DNA of 64,000 nt from Candidatus Woesearchaeota archaeon (GTDB lineage: Archaea > Nanobdellota > Nanobdellia > Woesearchaeales > UBA11576), in the NCBI GenBank assembly GCA_018668595.1, contig JABJCP010000035.1, positions 216,978 to 280,977 of the forward strand. Direction: 5' to 3'. This document shows, in pieces, positions 29,601 through 38,936 of this stretch. Every line of letters starts with the position of its first letter. The first letter of the stretch is position 1. Position numbers and translations under genes: made by a program. Under the pieces are notes generated by a model. It saw nothing but the letters and a program-made list of their open reading frames with translations, was not told where the DNA came from and did not search any database.

Positions 29601-30701
29601 GATTCTGATGGTGCTTCAACAACTCAAAATGTTTCTGTTAATGTAACAAATTCAACTGGTGATGTTTGTGGTGATGGTGCAATAACTGGCGTCGAGGTTT
29701 GTGATGGAACTAATTTTACAACAACTTGTTCTGCTCAAGGTTTTGATGGCGGTAGTTTAACTTGTGCAGGTGATTGTTTGTCTTATAGTACTTCAAGTTG
29801 TACTACTGATTCTGGGGGAGGAGGGTTTCATAGAAGAAGGAGTAGTGGTGCAACAACTTCGCCTGCAGATACAACAGAAACAGAAGTTACAGAGGAAATA
29901 ACTGAAGAGTTAGAAGAAGAATTAGAAGAAAATCTTACAGAAGAGATTGAGGAGGAATTAAATCTTACAGAAGAAATAAACATTACAGAAATAAATGTAA
30001 CTGAAATGAACATTACAATTAATGAAACTCTAAATATAACTAACCTCACTTTTACATTCCAACAATATCTCGAACCTATTTTTGTAGAGTTTACTGCAAA
30101 CGCATCTAATATTTTTTCATTTCAACCGCAGTTAGAAACTATTTTTGCTGATCTCACAGGGGATGCTGTAGATATTTATTCTTTCCAAGGAAATCTAAAT
30201 CTTGTGTTTGGAGATTTAACAAATCAACAAATTGAAATTCCTATTAATGTGACTTATTCATTCAAACCAACCCTGGAGGATTTATTTTTGGAAATGGATA
30301 ATGAAGAGATTCAAATCGAATTTTTAAATTTAACTGCAAACACGACATTTAATGAATCATTTAATTTTTCATTCCAGCCAGTACTCGACCAGTTATTTGA
30401 AGAATTAAAGCGTGCAAACATTTCGCAGGATCAGGATGTTCAAATTAATTTCACTTTCCAACCAGATCTCGAGGATATCTTTGACGAAATGGATCAAGAA
30501 GAGATTTTAATTGAAGAGTTGAACATGACAATTGCAAATAATTCAACAAACATCACTGCTGAATTGACAAACTTCACATTCGAGCCATTCATCAGCAGTG
30601 TTGTAACCTCACTTGAAGGCATGTCTGTTTTCTCTTTTGAAACTGATCTTAATGAAATTCTTGCAGCAAGTGAGGGGATAGACGTAGATTTTGAATCTTA
30701 A
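26622..30701 (+). CDS. Large secreted glycoprotein: parallel beta-helix (NosD-like), PKD-like domains, Cys-rich module, acidic repeat tail
   Basis: Signal peptide, N.F.GNYYG beta-helix repeats, GGNYWDD motif, VNWSDG/IDWND PKD-like segments, CGDGAITGVEVCDG, many NxT/S sequons. Confidence 0.88.
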   Translation: MNIKNNFRCVVCFLIFVVLLVFNSIFVFATDIDDCSILSSPGLYMLNTSLTDESTDCITITSSNVHLDCQNNLIDGQNANSGIVASASDGSEYTNLSITNCNVTQFSIGIEFDYVDHSNISSVYVFGNADDGMNLNNIDNLTIKNSNISANTDNGIEATNSADILVLNNNFSSHSGSGDVGIYILNTGNSDWNVSDNTFSGNYYGLYYLMPGGSGFTFSNNIFDGNTDSGVAVYYGDNGIFRDNIFTNNKYGINIKHADAEDNEFYNNQINDSTTYAINFGSSSMMDQIFEGNTVGNSTYLHCSKNHSWQKSNYVITDNKISNQGSVNLYYCNNSVLNNITVLNADTYGLESYYSNNVTISSSEFSAAGNDGVYVDNSNITIQHSTISDNVDNGIELHYADGTIIFNTTVSGHSGSSDIGIYITGDDNDYCNISQNNFSGNYYGVYHHDADSAGISVSDNRFEQNTKSGVMIYSGDNAVFRNNVFVGNYYGVDVSHTNAEDNEFYDNQFNGSTTYAIRFGSVSFMDQIFSENLVDGYEYFHCYNNHSWSAENSNIETVKVTNYGSLNIYSCNNSIVSNITATNNSADGLYISTSFNITVSNSNFSYNTDDGIEVEDSNNLTFQNSVLLLNTDNGMEANDCDSVFIIGLNVSNQSGSGDIGIYINSNNNYWNVSDSNFTGNYYGLYYNSVNGVGNYIGNNFFYDNLISGIHIYYGDNAVINDNDFTSNKYGVNFANVDSGSNLVYRNNFKSSTTDHATHLGTNHFNSSTTLGGNYWDDFDQVGEGCSDGNSDGFCDATYNTSGLTPATDYLPYAQEVNHSATQTQSPTTSNISVTAVQNQSIIEGSQITINISFTQSISSSYNASVNWSDGTAVSMSLNVSSPFSLNHTFYDDGTFTVNASIVNESGTGFDLVLIEVNNSAPTIEGNISYLVELNTLVTLNLNFSDLGVNDTHSLDIDWNDTQIDQETLTSDFVINNTHNYTIAGNYSVLINVTDSDGASTTQNVSVNVTNSTGDVCGDGAITGVEVCDGTNFTTTCSAQGFDGGSLTCAGDCLSYSTSSCTTDSGGGGFHRRRSSGATTSPADTTETEVTEEITEELEEELEENLTEEIEEELNLTEEINITEINVTEMNITINETLNITNLTFTFQQYLEPIFVEFTANASNIFSFQPQLETIFADLTGDAVDIYSFQGNLNLVFGDLTNQQIEIPINVTYSFKPTLEDLFLEMDNEEIQIEFLNLTANTTFNESFNFSFQPVLDQLFEELKRANISQDQDVQINFTFQPDLEDIFDEMDQEEILIEELNMTIANNSTNITAELTNFTFEPFISSVVTSLEGMSVFSFETDLNEILAASEGIDVDFES

Positions 30702-30729
30702 AGTTGATTATTATTTTTTTTCTTTTTCA

Positions 30730-30790
30730 TACAATTATTGTACTTATCTATACAATTTTTGTATAAAAAAATAGAAAAGTTTATATATTA
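30730..30790 (+). promoter_or_regulatory. Twin TACAA-N3-TTGTA palindromes upstream of BRE/TATA
   Basis: Copies at 30730-30742 and 30751-30763, 21 bp apart, followed by gaaaag-TTTATATA. Confidence 0.6.
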
Positions 30791-30810
30791 TAATCGTTTT
30801 TTTATTAATT

Positions 30811-31431
30811 ATGCCGCACAACAAAGAAAGAATTAATACGAATAGATTATTTAATTTAATTAAATCTATTTCATCTTTTGTAGATAGAGAAATATTTTTT
30901 TATGCACTAGGAGGAACTGCTTTAACATTATTGAATATTAAAAATTCAACCTTGGATGTTGATATTAATATTGAATCAGAAAAAGATTATTTATATGTTT
31001 GCGAGTTATTTGATCAAATTGGATTTAAAAAATCAGGTCCTATTAGATGGATCAGTCAAGAAGGAATAGCATTTGATATTTTTCATGGTTCATATATTTT
31101 AGGTACGGATCTTCTGCATGATTGTTTAAACAAGTCAAAATTTATTGAGTCTTTTGGTAAAATTAAACTTTACGCATTGAATCCATTAGATATTATAATT
31201 AGTAAATTAGCAAGGGGCGATGATAGAGATTTTGAAGATATTAAATCTATATTTAAGTCAGAAAAAATCGATTTAAAAGAGCTTGTGGACAGGTACAAAA
31301 AAACAATGGAAACTTCTATTGTTTCAAATTCTAAACAAAAATTATTGGATTTGATTGAAATAAAATTTAGTGAATGGGAATATGATTTAGATGCTAAGTT
31401 AATTGGAGAGGTTAAAAAATGGGACAACTAA
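30811..31431 (+). CDS. Nucleotidyltransferase (DUF6036/AbiEii-like)
   Basis: ALGGTAL...STLDVD and SKLARGDDRDFEDI motifs. Confidence 0.8.
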   Translation: MPHNKERINTNRLFNLIKSISSFVDREIFFYALGGTALTLLNIKNSTLDVDINIESEKDYLYVCELFDQIGFKKSGPIRWISQEGIAFDIFHGSYILGTDLLHDCLNKSKFIESFGKIKLYALNPLDIIISKLARGDDRDFEDIKSIFKSEKIDLKELVDRYKKTMETSIVSNSKQKLLDLIEIKFSEWEYDLDAKLIGEVKKWDN

Positions 31432-32270
31432 GTGCACCTCTAATTGAAAAAGAATTAGATAGTGCAGGATATGCTATGCTTGGAAATGGTGGTAAGATAG
31501 AGAAATTGATTATTAACATAATTAATTCTAAAAATATGAGATACCTTAAAGCAATTCCTTTTCTTATTTACAAACATGATCCAGATTTAATTTCTTTAAG
31601 TAAAAAAAATAAGAACAAAGATTTATTCAACGAATTATTAAACATAACCAAAAAACTTTTTTTTGATTTTAATATTAATAAAGAACTGCCTTTAATTAGT
31701 AAGGTGAATACGCCGATTAAATTATTGAACTATCAAGAATTTAAAGAAGAATTTGAACTTCAAATGAAAAATCAAACATCGAGTGACTTGTTAATAGATA
31801 AACAAAAATTTCATTCCGAGAGAAATTTACATTTTTGGCTGTCACAAATATTTACTAATAAAGAAAAACAAATTTTACAGAGAATTCTGGGCGACAAACC
31901 AATAAGTAGGACAGATTATGAATATTATTCTAGAAAAACAAAGAAGAAAATAAGAAGTATAATTAATTTGCAGGATTTTTCTAAATCTTTATTAGAAAAA
32001 GCACCTAAATTAGATCCTGATTTATTTACATTAAAATCTGATTTAGAAAATTGGATTAATAAACAAGAAAAAACCAAAATAATTGTATTAAATTACTTTA
32101 CAAAAGAGGGATTAATTTCAATCAGCTTTAGAAAAATTAAAAATTTGAATGGTAAGAACTCACTTTCTTATGAAAAACAAACATTCAATATTGTCAAAAA
32201 GTTAAAAGAGATTTCTGATGAGCGCATAACTTATTTGCTTAATAAATATCCTAAGCACGATTTTAGTTAA
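31419..32270 (+). CDS. Hypothetical partner of the nucleotidyltransferase
   Basis: Overlaps the upstream gene. Embedded SD GAGG. Confidence 0.65.
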   Translation: MGQLSAPLIEKELDSAGYAMLGNGGKIEKLIINIINSKNMRYLKAIPFLIYKHDPDLISLSKKNKNKDLFNELLNITKKLFFDFNINKELPLISKVNTPIKLLNYQEFKEEFELQMKNQTSSDLLIDKQKFHSERNLHFWLSQIFTNKEKQILQRILGDKPISRTDYEYYSRKTKKKIRSIINLQDFSKSLLEKAPKLDPDLFTLKSDLENWINKQEKTKIIVLNYFTKEGLISISFRKIKNLNGKNSLSYEKQTFNIVKKLKEISDERITYLLNKYPKHDFS

Positions 32271-32680
32271 TATTTGCTTTATTATTACTTCTAACCCTCA
32301 CTTTTCTTTTTTTCTTTATTATTTAATTATTTTTAAACGAAATAATCTCGACAATAATTAAATAAAATACAGAATAGATTAAAAAACAATCCTGACACGA
32401 AAAGCAATTAATTCCAACACAATTATACAATAACATTAACAAAGAAAATAGAATAATTTTAACAATTCAATTCAATAAATTCAACATAGAAAATCCCGAC
32501 ATAAAATAGGGATAACATCAAAATAATAAAAACTTAAAACATTCAATCAAAGATAAAATAAATTAAGAATAATATAAGAAATAAAAATTAAAACATTTAA
32601 TCAAAGATAGCATTCTATAAACGCCAAAATTTATAAACTCAACACCCATTCCTAACATAAAAGAGGTTCTGGAGGATATT

Positions 32681-33412
32681 ATGTCTCGTTTATTATACAA
32701 AAACATAGAAGATAGAGCAAAGATTGAAGAATTAATCAGATTAGATGACTCTATATTGGGTCGTTATCAAGGTTATTCTCCTAAAGCAGACTATACCTTT
32801 CTAACTGCGCCTATGAAACATCAAAGTGGTTTTATGTCTGTTCATAATCCTATTAGTATTGAATTTTACAGAAAATTTCTAAAAGATTCAACTTTATTAG
32901 ATTTAGGTTGTGGAAGCGAAGAATCTTACTCTTTAATGATTTCTTTTGCTGCATTGTGCGGAGTGAAAAAATATGGGGGGATTAACAAATTTGATATTCC
33001 GACCAATTATTATTCAATTGATCAAATAAAAAATATAATTTTAGAAAAAAAGTTATGCAATCAAGATCAACTTCCCGAAATTCAGTTCGCAAATGAAGAT
33101 ATGTTAAAATTTCTCTCAAAACAAGAGAACAACTCAGCAAACATTGTGATGTTTGGTATTGATGAAATTATTATTCCTTTTGAATTTAAAGAATATCATC
33201 AGGAGCTTGCAAAACAAATAGCGGCAGTGATTCCTAAAAGAGGCTTTGCAGCAGGTTCTAACACTCCTCATCTTCAAAATGTAGAAAAATATGGTTTGAC
33301 AAGAATGACTGAGCTTACAGAAGGATTAAGATTAAGATCGCGTGTTATTAAATCTAGAACTTTTAATAATCAGGATAGAGAAATAGGAGATCAAATTTAC
33401 ACAAAAACTTAA
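32681..33412 (+). CDS. Class I SAM-dependent methyltransferase-like protein
   Basis: LLDLGCG motif I, EDMLKFL. SD GGAGG. Confidence 0.65.
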   Translation: MSRLLYKNIEDRAKIEELIRLDDSILGRYQGYSPKADYTFLTAPMKHQSGFMSVHNPISIEFYRKFLKDSTLLDLGCGSEESYSLMISFAALCGVKKYGGINKFDIPTNYYSIDQIKNIILEKKLCNQDQLPEIQFANEDMLKFLSKQENNSANIVMFGIDEIIIPFEFKEYHQELAKQIAAVIPKRGFAAGSNTPHLQNVEKYGLTRMTELTEGLRLRSRVIKSRTFNNQDREIGDQIYTKT

Positions 33413-33477
33413 ACTTTTTAATCAAAAACAAAACATTTTAATTCTTAAAACATTTAATCAATAATTAAATTCTTCAA

Positions 33478-33957
33478 TCACTTAATCAAACTCCCCATAA
33501 CATCCTGAAAAAATATTTCTGAACCTTTATGCATTACACTCTCACGACCAACAAAATAACTATACTCTCCATCAAACTTAAACTCATACTTGAAATCGCC
33601 AGAACAAAATCCATCTAATCCTCTGAATGGAACCGAAGCTGAAGAAGCAAGCAAAGCAGACTTCAAAAATCCATAAGTTTCATTAATAAAATCCTCAGAA
33701 AGTCTATCATCAACCTGGCCTTGATAACTCATAGTCCATACTGGTTTTTCCTTAAAATACATAATTTCTTTACCCGGAGCCCATTCATGCCCTGAGTAAA
33801 AATCAACATATTTCCAATCTCCATTTAAAACTAAAAATCCTTTATGTCCATCAATTATCTTTGCTCTATTTCTCTCCCTAACCTCTTTTGGCGCACAATA
33901 TGTCTGACTATGCATTTTATGTATTGTTTCTAATAAGTCTTGTTTTGTAAATGTCAT
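33478..33957 (-). CDS. DUF5680-like protein
   Basis: YVDFYSG...PVWTMSYQG...FLKSAL...PFRG...FVGRE pattern, recalled from the family. Confidence 0.75.
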   Translation of the reverse strand: MTFTKQDLLETIHKMHSQTYCAPKEVRERNRAKIIDGHKGFLVLNGDWKYVDFYSGHEWAPGKEIMYFKEKPVWTMSYQGQVDDRLSEDFINETYGFLKSALLASSASVPFRGLDGFCSGDFKYEFKFDGEYSYFVGRESVMHKGSEIFFQDVMGSLIK

Positions 33958-34062
33958 ACTTTTAGCTATTCGTTGGTGCTTTAAATGTATTTCCTTGATT
34001 TGCTAATAATATTCAATCAAAAAATAGAAAAATATGTATATTATTAATTATTTGCTTAAATC

Positions 34063-34275
34063 ATGGAATTATCTAAAGAAACATTGGCTAAGATTAAAAA
34101 ATCTGAAGAAGACATTAAAGCAGGGCGAGTTTACACTCTTGAAGAAGTTAAGAAAGAAATAGGATTAACCGAAAATGAAAATTCTGAATTTGACCAATCT
34201 GTACAACACATTCAGAAAAAAAAGATGAAAGAATTGTGGGATAATGAGCAAGATTCTGAATGGGATGAAGCTTAA
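34063..34275 (+). CDS. Orphan antitoxin-like small protein
   Basis: SEEDIKAGRVYTLEEVKKEIG and ELWDNEQDSEWD motifs typical of archaeal antitoxins. Confidence 0.6.
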   Translation: MELSKETLAKIKKSEEDIKAGRVYTLEEVKKEIGLTENENSEFDQSVQHIQKKKMKELWDNEQDSEWDEA

Positions 34276-34757
34276 CTTTTTTATCACAAATTTCCACACT
34301 AGTTTACATAATTAAATTCTCCCAAATTCTGGTCGACATTTTCCCGCACAAATAATCAATCTACCCTAAATCGCACTCGATCATAACATCCTGTCCGTGA
34401 ACCTTGGTTCCCTAAATCAAACCCCTCAAACTAACTTTTTCATTTTCGTCGGTATTTTCCCGCACTTTCTATCATCATCCCAAAACTTCCAGAGGAAGTT
34501 TGACATTATTCCATAATTTGCCATTTTTTTAAATTCAGCATATTCGACATTTTGCCGAAACATTCATCAATCTATTTCCAACACAAAAAACATGGTTAAT
34601 TTTCAAAAAAAGTTTAATTAATTGCCAACCCAAACTATTCATTTCAAAAGATCTTCTCGCACAAAGCTCATATCAAAGTTTGCTAAAAACATTCTATCAA
34701 AAACTAAACATTACAGGAGCATTATTATTATAAATCCAATGATCCTAATTAATTTCG

Positions 34758-35207
34758 ATGATGCCTGAAGAACTTGCAAATCCAAAACAAATTAACTACA
34801 AAAACTTAGCTCAAGCTGCAATCATTCTAACAAATCCAATTCATTTGTGCGCAGTCACTCATTGTCTTCTAAGTAAAAAAATAACTTCATTAGATCAATT
34901 AGTAAAAATAAAAAACCAAGAGTGTAAAAAAATAGGAATTGATCAAGAATATGTTAAAATTTTTTATAATCCATTTCAAACAGTTGGTTTTTGTGGAGAT
35001 TTAATTTGCAATGAAACAAACAAACCAGTCAAGAAATACATTGAACTGGGCGGATTATTCGCAACTCGTGCAGGGGTGCGACACGAATTATATCACATTC
35101 TAAAAAATCATAAAGCAAAATCAAATCTCAAAGAGTATTTATTAGAATATTATTTTATTCACGAACCGCAAGCTGATTTGTATCAAATGTTTGGAATAAA
35201 GATTTGA
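34758..35207 (+). CDS. Hypothetical protein with HExxH motif
   Basis: VRHELYH followed by a downstream HEPQA. Confidence 0.6.
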   Translation: MMPEELANPKQINYKNLAQAAIILTNPIHLCAVTHCLLSKKITSLDQLVKIKNQECKKIGIDQEYVKIFYNPFQTVGFCGDLICNETNKPVKKYIELGGLFATRAGVRHELYHILKNHKAKSNLKEYLLEYYFIHEPQADLYQMFGIKI

Positions 35208-35276
35208 TTATTTGATTAACAGTTCATAATTAACATATGATAATAAAAAAGAATGAAAAATTAAAATTTAAAAAAA

Positions 35277-35711
35277 TTAGTTGTAAGGTGAATCTGTAAT
35301 TGACACTGCTGCAAGACCAAGCATAAATCTATCTCCATCAACCATTATCTCTTTTACATCTGAGTTTGGTAATCTGTTGAGAATAGTGTGTGATCTGATT
35401 GTTTTAGCGAGCTCTTCACTTACAGGAATTAGGTGTATTTCTCCTTGAATTCCAGTATAAATATCCTGCCATTGAATTTTAGATTCTCTTGCTCGTCCAG
35501 ACATGTGATCAGATGCATTTGGTTTATATTTATTTTCTTCTTCTTGTTGTAGAAATTTTGCTTCTAGAGTGCTTATTTCTGTACATTTTTTATGTGCTTC
35601 AAGTTTTGCTTTTGCGTCATTAGCATTTAATTTCATTACTGCAACTTGCGGATAATATTTTGCGGCACCTCTCCAATCAACATCAAATACATAAAATTTA
35701 TCGTTACTCAT
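35277..35711 (-). CDS. Hypothetical protein
   Basis: 144-aa ORF. SD GGAGG. Palindrome-TATA promoter. Confidence 0.7.
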   Translation of the reverse strand: MSNDKFYVFDVDWRGAAKYYPQVAVMKLNANDAKAKLEAHKKCTEISTLEAKFLQQEEENKYKPNASDHMSGRARESKIQWQDIYTGIQGEIHLIPVSEELAKTIRSHTILNRLPNSDVKEIMVDGDRFMLGLAAVSITDSPYN

Positions 35712-35761
35712 TATTTTCAGCCTCCGTGCTGTGTTATTATATTGTTATATTGACAAAAGTT

Positions 35762-35799
35762 TATTTAAATCTTTCGCCTTTTTACTACTTTAAAGTCAT
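35762..35799 (-). promoter_or_regulatory. Palindromic site plus BRE/TATA promoter
   Basis: Minus strand: ATGACT-ttaa-AGTAGT-aaaaaggcgaaaga-TTTAAATA. Confidence 0.65.
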
Positions 35800-35915
35800 A
35801 ATCAATAAAATATTCTAAATTCTAAACAAATAAGTAGTTTGTTAGCAAAATGCGCATTTTCAAATAATATATACTTATATTGCTGAATATATTACTATTT
35901 CTTAGGGTAATGAAG

Positions 35916-36437
35916 ATGAAATACAGAAAAGCTTATGTTCCAATAGATCCTAATAAACCAATTATGAGGGGAATCAAAACACCATCTGAATTAGAGAAAA
36001 AAGTAATTCGAGATAAGCGAGTTAATGGTATTTTTAGAAAACTAACGGATTGGTACTACAAACCTAAGTCTTTTGAGAGAAGTGGTAAGATGTATACTCG
36101 ACTTGGTGTTAGGTATTTTCAAAAAGGATTGATGAATAGTTATGGTGGTCTTTTGAGGTTTCTGGGAGGAAAAAAGGGTCCTGGTAATTATTTTATTGGA
36201 AACAAGAGAACTGTATCTGATATGGTGACTTATGAAGGCTGGACTAGATTCAATGAATTAATTCACATGCCTCTTATGTTTACTTGCGGTTATGACATGC
36301 TTGAAAATTTATCTCAAGGAAATTATGGTGCTGCTGCAGGAGAAGGGGCATTAGTTTTGCTTAACAGTTATTGCGTATTTCTTCAACGTTACAACAGAGC
36401 TAGAGTTTACAACACATTAGATCTCAAGTTAAAATAA
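35916..36437 (+). CDS. CrtO-like acyltransferase family protein, paralog 1
   Basis: FERSGKMYTRLGVRYF, TRFNELIH, NSYCVFLQRYNRAR. Confidence 0.7.
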   Translation: MKYRKAYVPIDPNKPIMRGIKTPSELEKKVIRDKRVNGIFRKLTDWYYKPKSFERSGKMYTRLGVRYFQKGLMNSYGGLLRFLGGKKGPGNYFIGNKRTVSDMVTYEGWTRFNELIHMPLMFTCGYDMLENLSQGNYGAAAGEGALVLLNSYCVFLQRYNRARVYNTLDLKLK

Positions 36438-36523
36438 TCAATTTTCAATTTTTATTTTTTATTTTTTATTTATCAATTTCTAATTTTTTGTCACATGCCT
36501 AAAACATTCTATCAAAAACTAAA
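36379..36523 (+). repeat. Direct repeat identical to 38089-38226 except one 7-bp indel
   Basis: ttcttcaacgttacaacagagc...ctatcaaaaactaaa at both positions. Confidence 0.95.
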
Positions 36524-36553
36524 TAATATTATTTGTTTTTTTGTGTTGTTGTA

Positions 36554-37297
36554 TTAGTTATTGTTTAAAATTTGCTCTAGGTTAACGAATTTTGCTCCTA
36601 ACTTTTTCATTTCAGCTATTGCTTTTAGTGATGTTTCCTCGGCAAATCCTCTGATGGCATCTTCAACAACATAACATTGAATTCCGAGTTTTTGCATTCC
36701 TGCTACTGCGGTTTTAATTGAATAGTCTGTAGAAACGCCATAAACAACTGCTTCATCAATCAGCCTATCGCCTATTAATAAGAATTCCATTGCGGGATTA
36801 GAAAAAACGTCAAAATGTTCTCTTTCAACATAACTAGGATATCTTATTTGATCTGTACGTTTGATTGATTTTAACGTATAGTTTATGTAGGCATTCCATC
36901 TTCTTAATTTGAGTATGTCCTTGGTGGTTTTTAATTTAAGATTGGATTGTGAAGAAATATAAGTTCCTCGGTCGCAATATCTTTGATTGTTTTCGCGTGC
37001 AAACGCGCGAAATGTAGTTTCCCCGATTTTTAATTCTCCTTTAGTTTGGTCTATACAATAATTAGTTGAGTGTTCTATTTTTTCTGAATTGGATTTGTCT
37101 GTTGGATCGGTTGATTTATGAAAATTTTTAATCACAGAACCGAGTATTTGGATGCTATTAGAATATGCATACTTTGTTAGTTGATGTGCTGATTGTTTAA
37201 TATTTTCAGCACCAGGAACGTAAAACGCGCCGTCTTTGTTCATTAAATCATTTTGTGTATCTATATCGCAAAATATTCTCATTTTATTTAACTCCAT
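36554..37297 (-). CDS. Isochorismatase/nicotinamidase-like protein, catalytic Cys replaced by Ser
   Basis: DIDTQNDLM..GAFYVPGAE, YGVSTDYSIK (canonical G.ATDYCV), VVEDAIRG. Confidence 0.8.
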   Translation of the reverse strand: MELNKMRIFCDIDTQNDLMNKDGAFYVPGAENIKQSAHQLTKYAYSNSIQILGSVIKNFHKSTDPTDKSNSEKIEHSTNYCIDQTKGELKIGETTFRAFARENNQRYCDRGTYISSQSNLKLKTTKDILKLRRWNAYINYTLKSIKRTDQIRYPSYVEREHFDVFSNPAMEFLLIGDRLIDEAVVYGVSTDYSIKTAVAGMQKLGIQCYVVEDAIRGFAEETSLKAIAEMKKLGAKFVNLEQILNNN

Positions 37298-37622
37298 TTA
37301 ACTTGCTTAAGTTGATAGTTTTATTAGTGCATATTAGTGTATGATGTACAATTATATAATCGTTTGTTGTATTTATCAGGACTACATTGAATAATTAATT
37401 AAAAGACTATTTGATATTCGAAATAGAATTTAATAATTGGTTTTTTTAAGTATGATTAATTGAATATTTTGAATGCTAAACTCTTTGGATGAATGCGGAG
37501 TTGGTTTTTCAAAGGTTTTTTGTTAACTCTAAATTATTACTAAATTAATTAGAAAAACACGTAGTTTATAATGATATGTACTTATATTCCGCGCATACTT
37601 GCTATTTCTCAGGGTAATAAAA

Positions 37623-38147
37623 ATGAAATACAGAAAACCTTACAGTCCAATAGATCCTAATAAACCAATTATTGGAGGAATTAAAAATCCATCTGATTTA
37701 GAGAGCAAAATATTGGCTAAGAAAAAGAATGATCTTGGTATTTTTAGAAAACTAACAAATTGGTATTATAGGCCTAAGTCTTTTGAGCGAAGTGGTAAAC
37801 TGTATACTTGGCTAGGGGTTAAATATTTTCAAAAAGCCTTGATGGGAACTTATGGAAAATTTATAAAAAAACTTGGAGGTGCTAGACATCCTTCAAACTA
37901 TTTTGTTGGTGAAAATAGGACGGTTCCTAATATGCTGACTTACGAATCAGGAACTAGATTTAATGAATTTATTCATACTCCTTTGATATTTATTTGTGGA
38001 AAAAACACAATTCAAAGCGCATCTGAAGGAAGAATTGACGAAGCAGTTGTTCATGCAGCGTTCATGGCACTTAACTTTTACTGCACAATTCTTCAACGTT
38101 ACAACAGAGCTAGAGTTTACAACACATTAGATCTCAAGTTAAAATAA
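37623..38147 (+). CDS. CrtO-like acyltransferase family protein, paralog 2
   Basis: FERSGKLYTWLGVKYF, TRFNEFIH, NFYCTILQRYNRAR. Confidence 0.7.
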   Translation: MKYRKPYSPIDPNKPIIGGIKNPSDLESKILAKKKNDLGIFRKLTNWYYRPKSFERSGKLYTWLGVKYFQKALMGTYGKFIKKLGGARHPSNYFVGENRTVPNMLTYESGTRFNEFIHTPLIFICGKNTIQSASEGRIDEAVVHAAFMALNFYCTILQRYNRARVYNTLDLKLK

Positions 38148-38226
38148 TCAATTTTCAATTTTTATTTTTTATTTATCAATTTCTAATTTTTTGTCACATG
38201 CCTAAAACATTCTATCAAAAACTAAA
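38089..38226 (+). repeat. Direct repeat, second copy
   Basis: Matches 36379-36523. Confidence 0.95.
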
Positions 38227-38345
38227 CTAATTCATCTATTTTATCGTCGAGAGTCGGCATTTTACTAAAAGTTTATATACTAGTTTTTCAATTATAGTTC
38301 TTGTAAAATCTCGAATTTTAAACAAACGGAGATTAATTTTCAAAA

Positions 38346-38882
38346 ATGGAGGTGAGTATTTTCGCAAAGACTAAAATAGTTCTACAAACACATGAACCAA
38401 GTATGAATCCTACGTCAGAGGAACTTGCAAAGATTGTTATGGCACGAATTGGACTTGAACCTAGAAAATTAGGAAGTACTGATAAAATGTATCGTTGTCT
38501 TCTTGAATTGTATGAGCGTGCAAAGGTTTCTTACAGAGAAAAAAAGTTAGAATCTTCAGTTATGACTGTCGAGGAAATGGCATTTTATGCAGGAATTACT
38601 AGGCAGACAATGTACGATTACCTCAAGCGTTGGCTTATTTTAAATTTAATAGAAAAGACTAGTTACATTAAAGAAAACAAAGTTGTTATTGGCTACAAAC
38701 TCAATGGGAATACATTGGAGCAAGCTTTTGAAAAAGCACATCATAACATTACAAAGAATCTAAATGAGACAATGCAGTACATACAACAGCTTCAGAAACT
38801 AATAAAGAATGAGAAGATCAGTAATACTCAAAAACTAAAGGCAACAGAAGATACATTAACCACAACAGATTTAGCAAGTTAG
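38346..38882 (+). CDS. Winged-HTH protein
   Basis: MTVEEMAFYAGITRQTMYDYLKRWLILNLIEK followed by a coiled tail. Confidence 0.75.
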   Translation: MEVSIFAKTKIVLQTHEPSMNPTSEELAKIVMARIGLEPRKLGSTDKMYRCLLELYERAKVSYREKKLESSVMTVEEMAFYAGITRQTMYDYLKRWLILNLIEKTSYIKENKVVIGYKLNGNTLEQAFEKAHHNITKNLNETMQYIQQLQKLIKNEKISNTQKLKATEDTLTTTDLAS

Positions 38883-38936
38883 AATTCTAGAACAAGTACA
38901 AAAACAGCAACACTAAGTCTGCATAATACAAACACA

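Noticed and set aside
35916-38226. Diversity-generating retroelement VR/TR pair
   Set aside because: The shared tract is identical rather than differing at adenines, and no reverse transcriptase is in the window.
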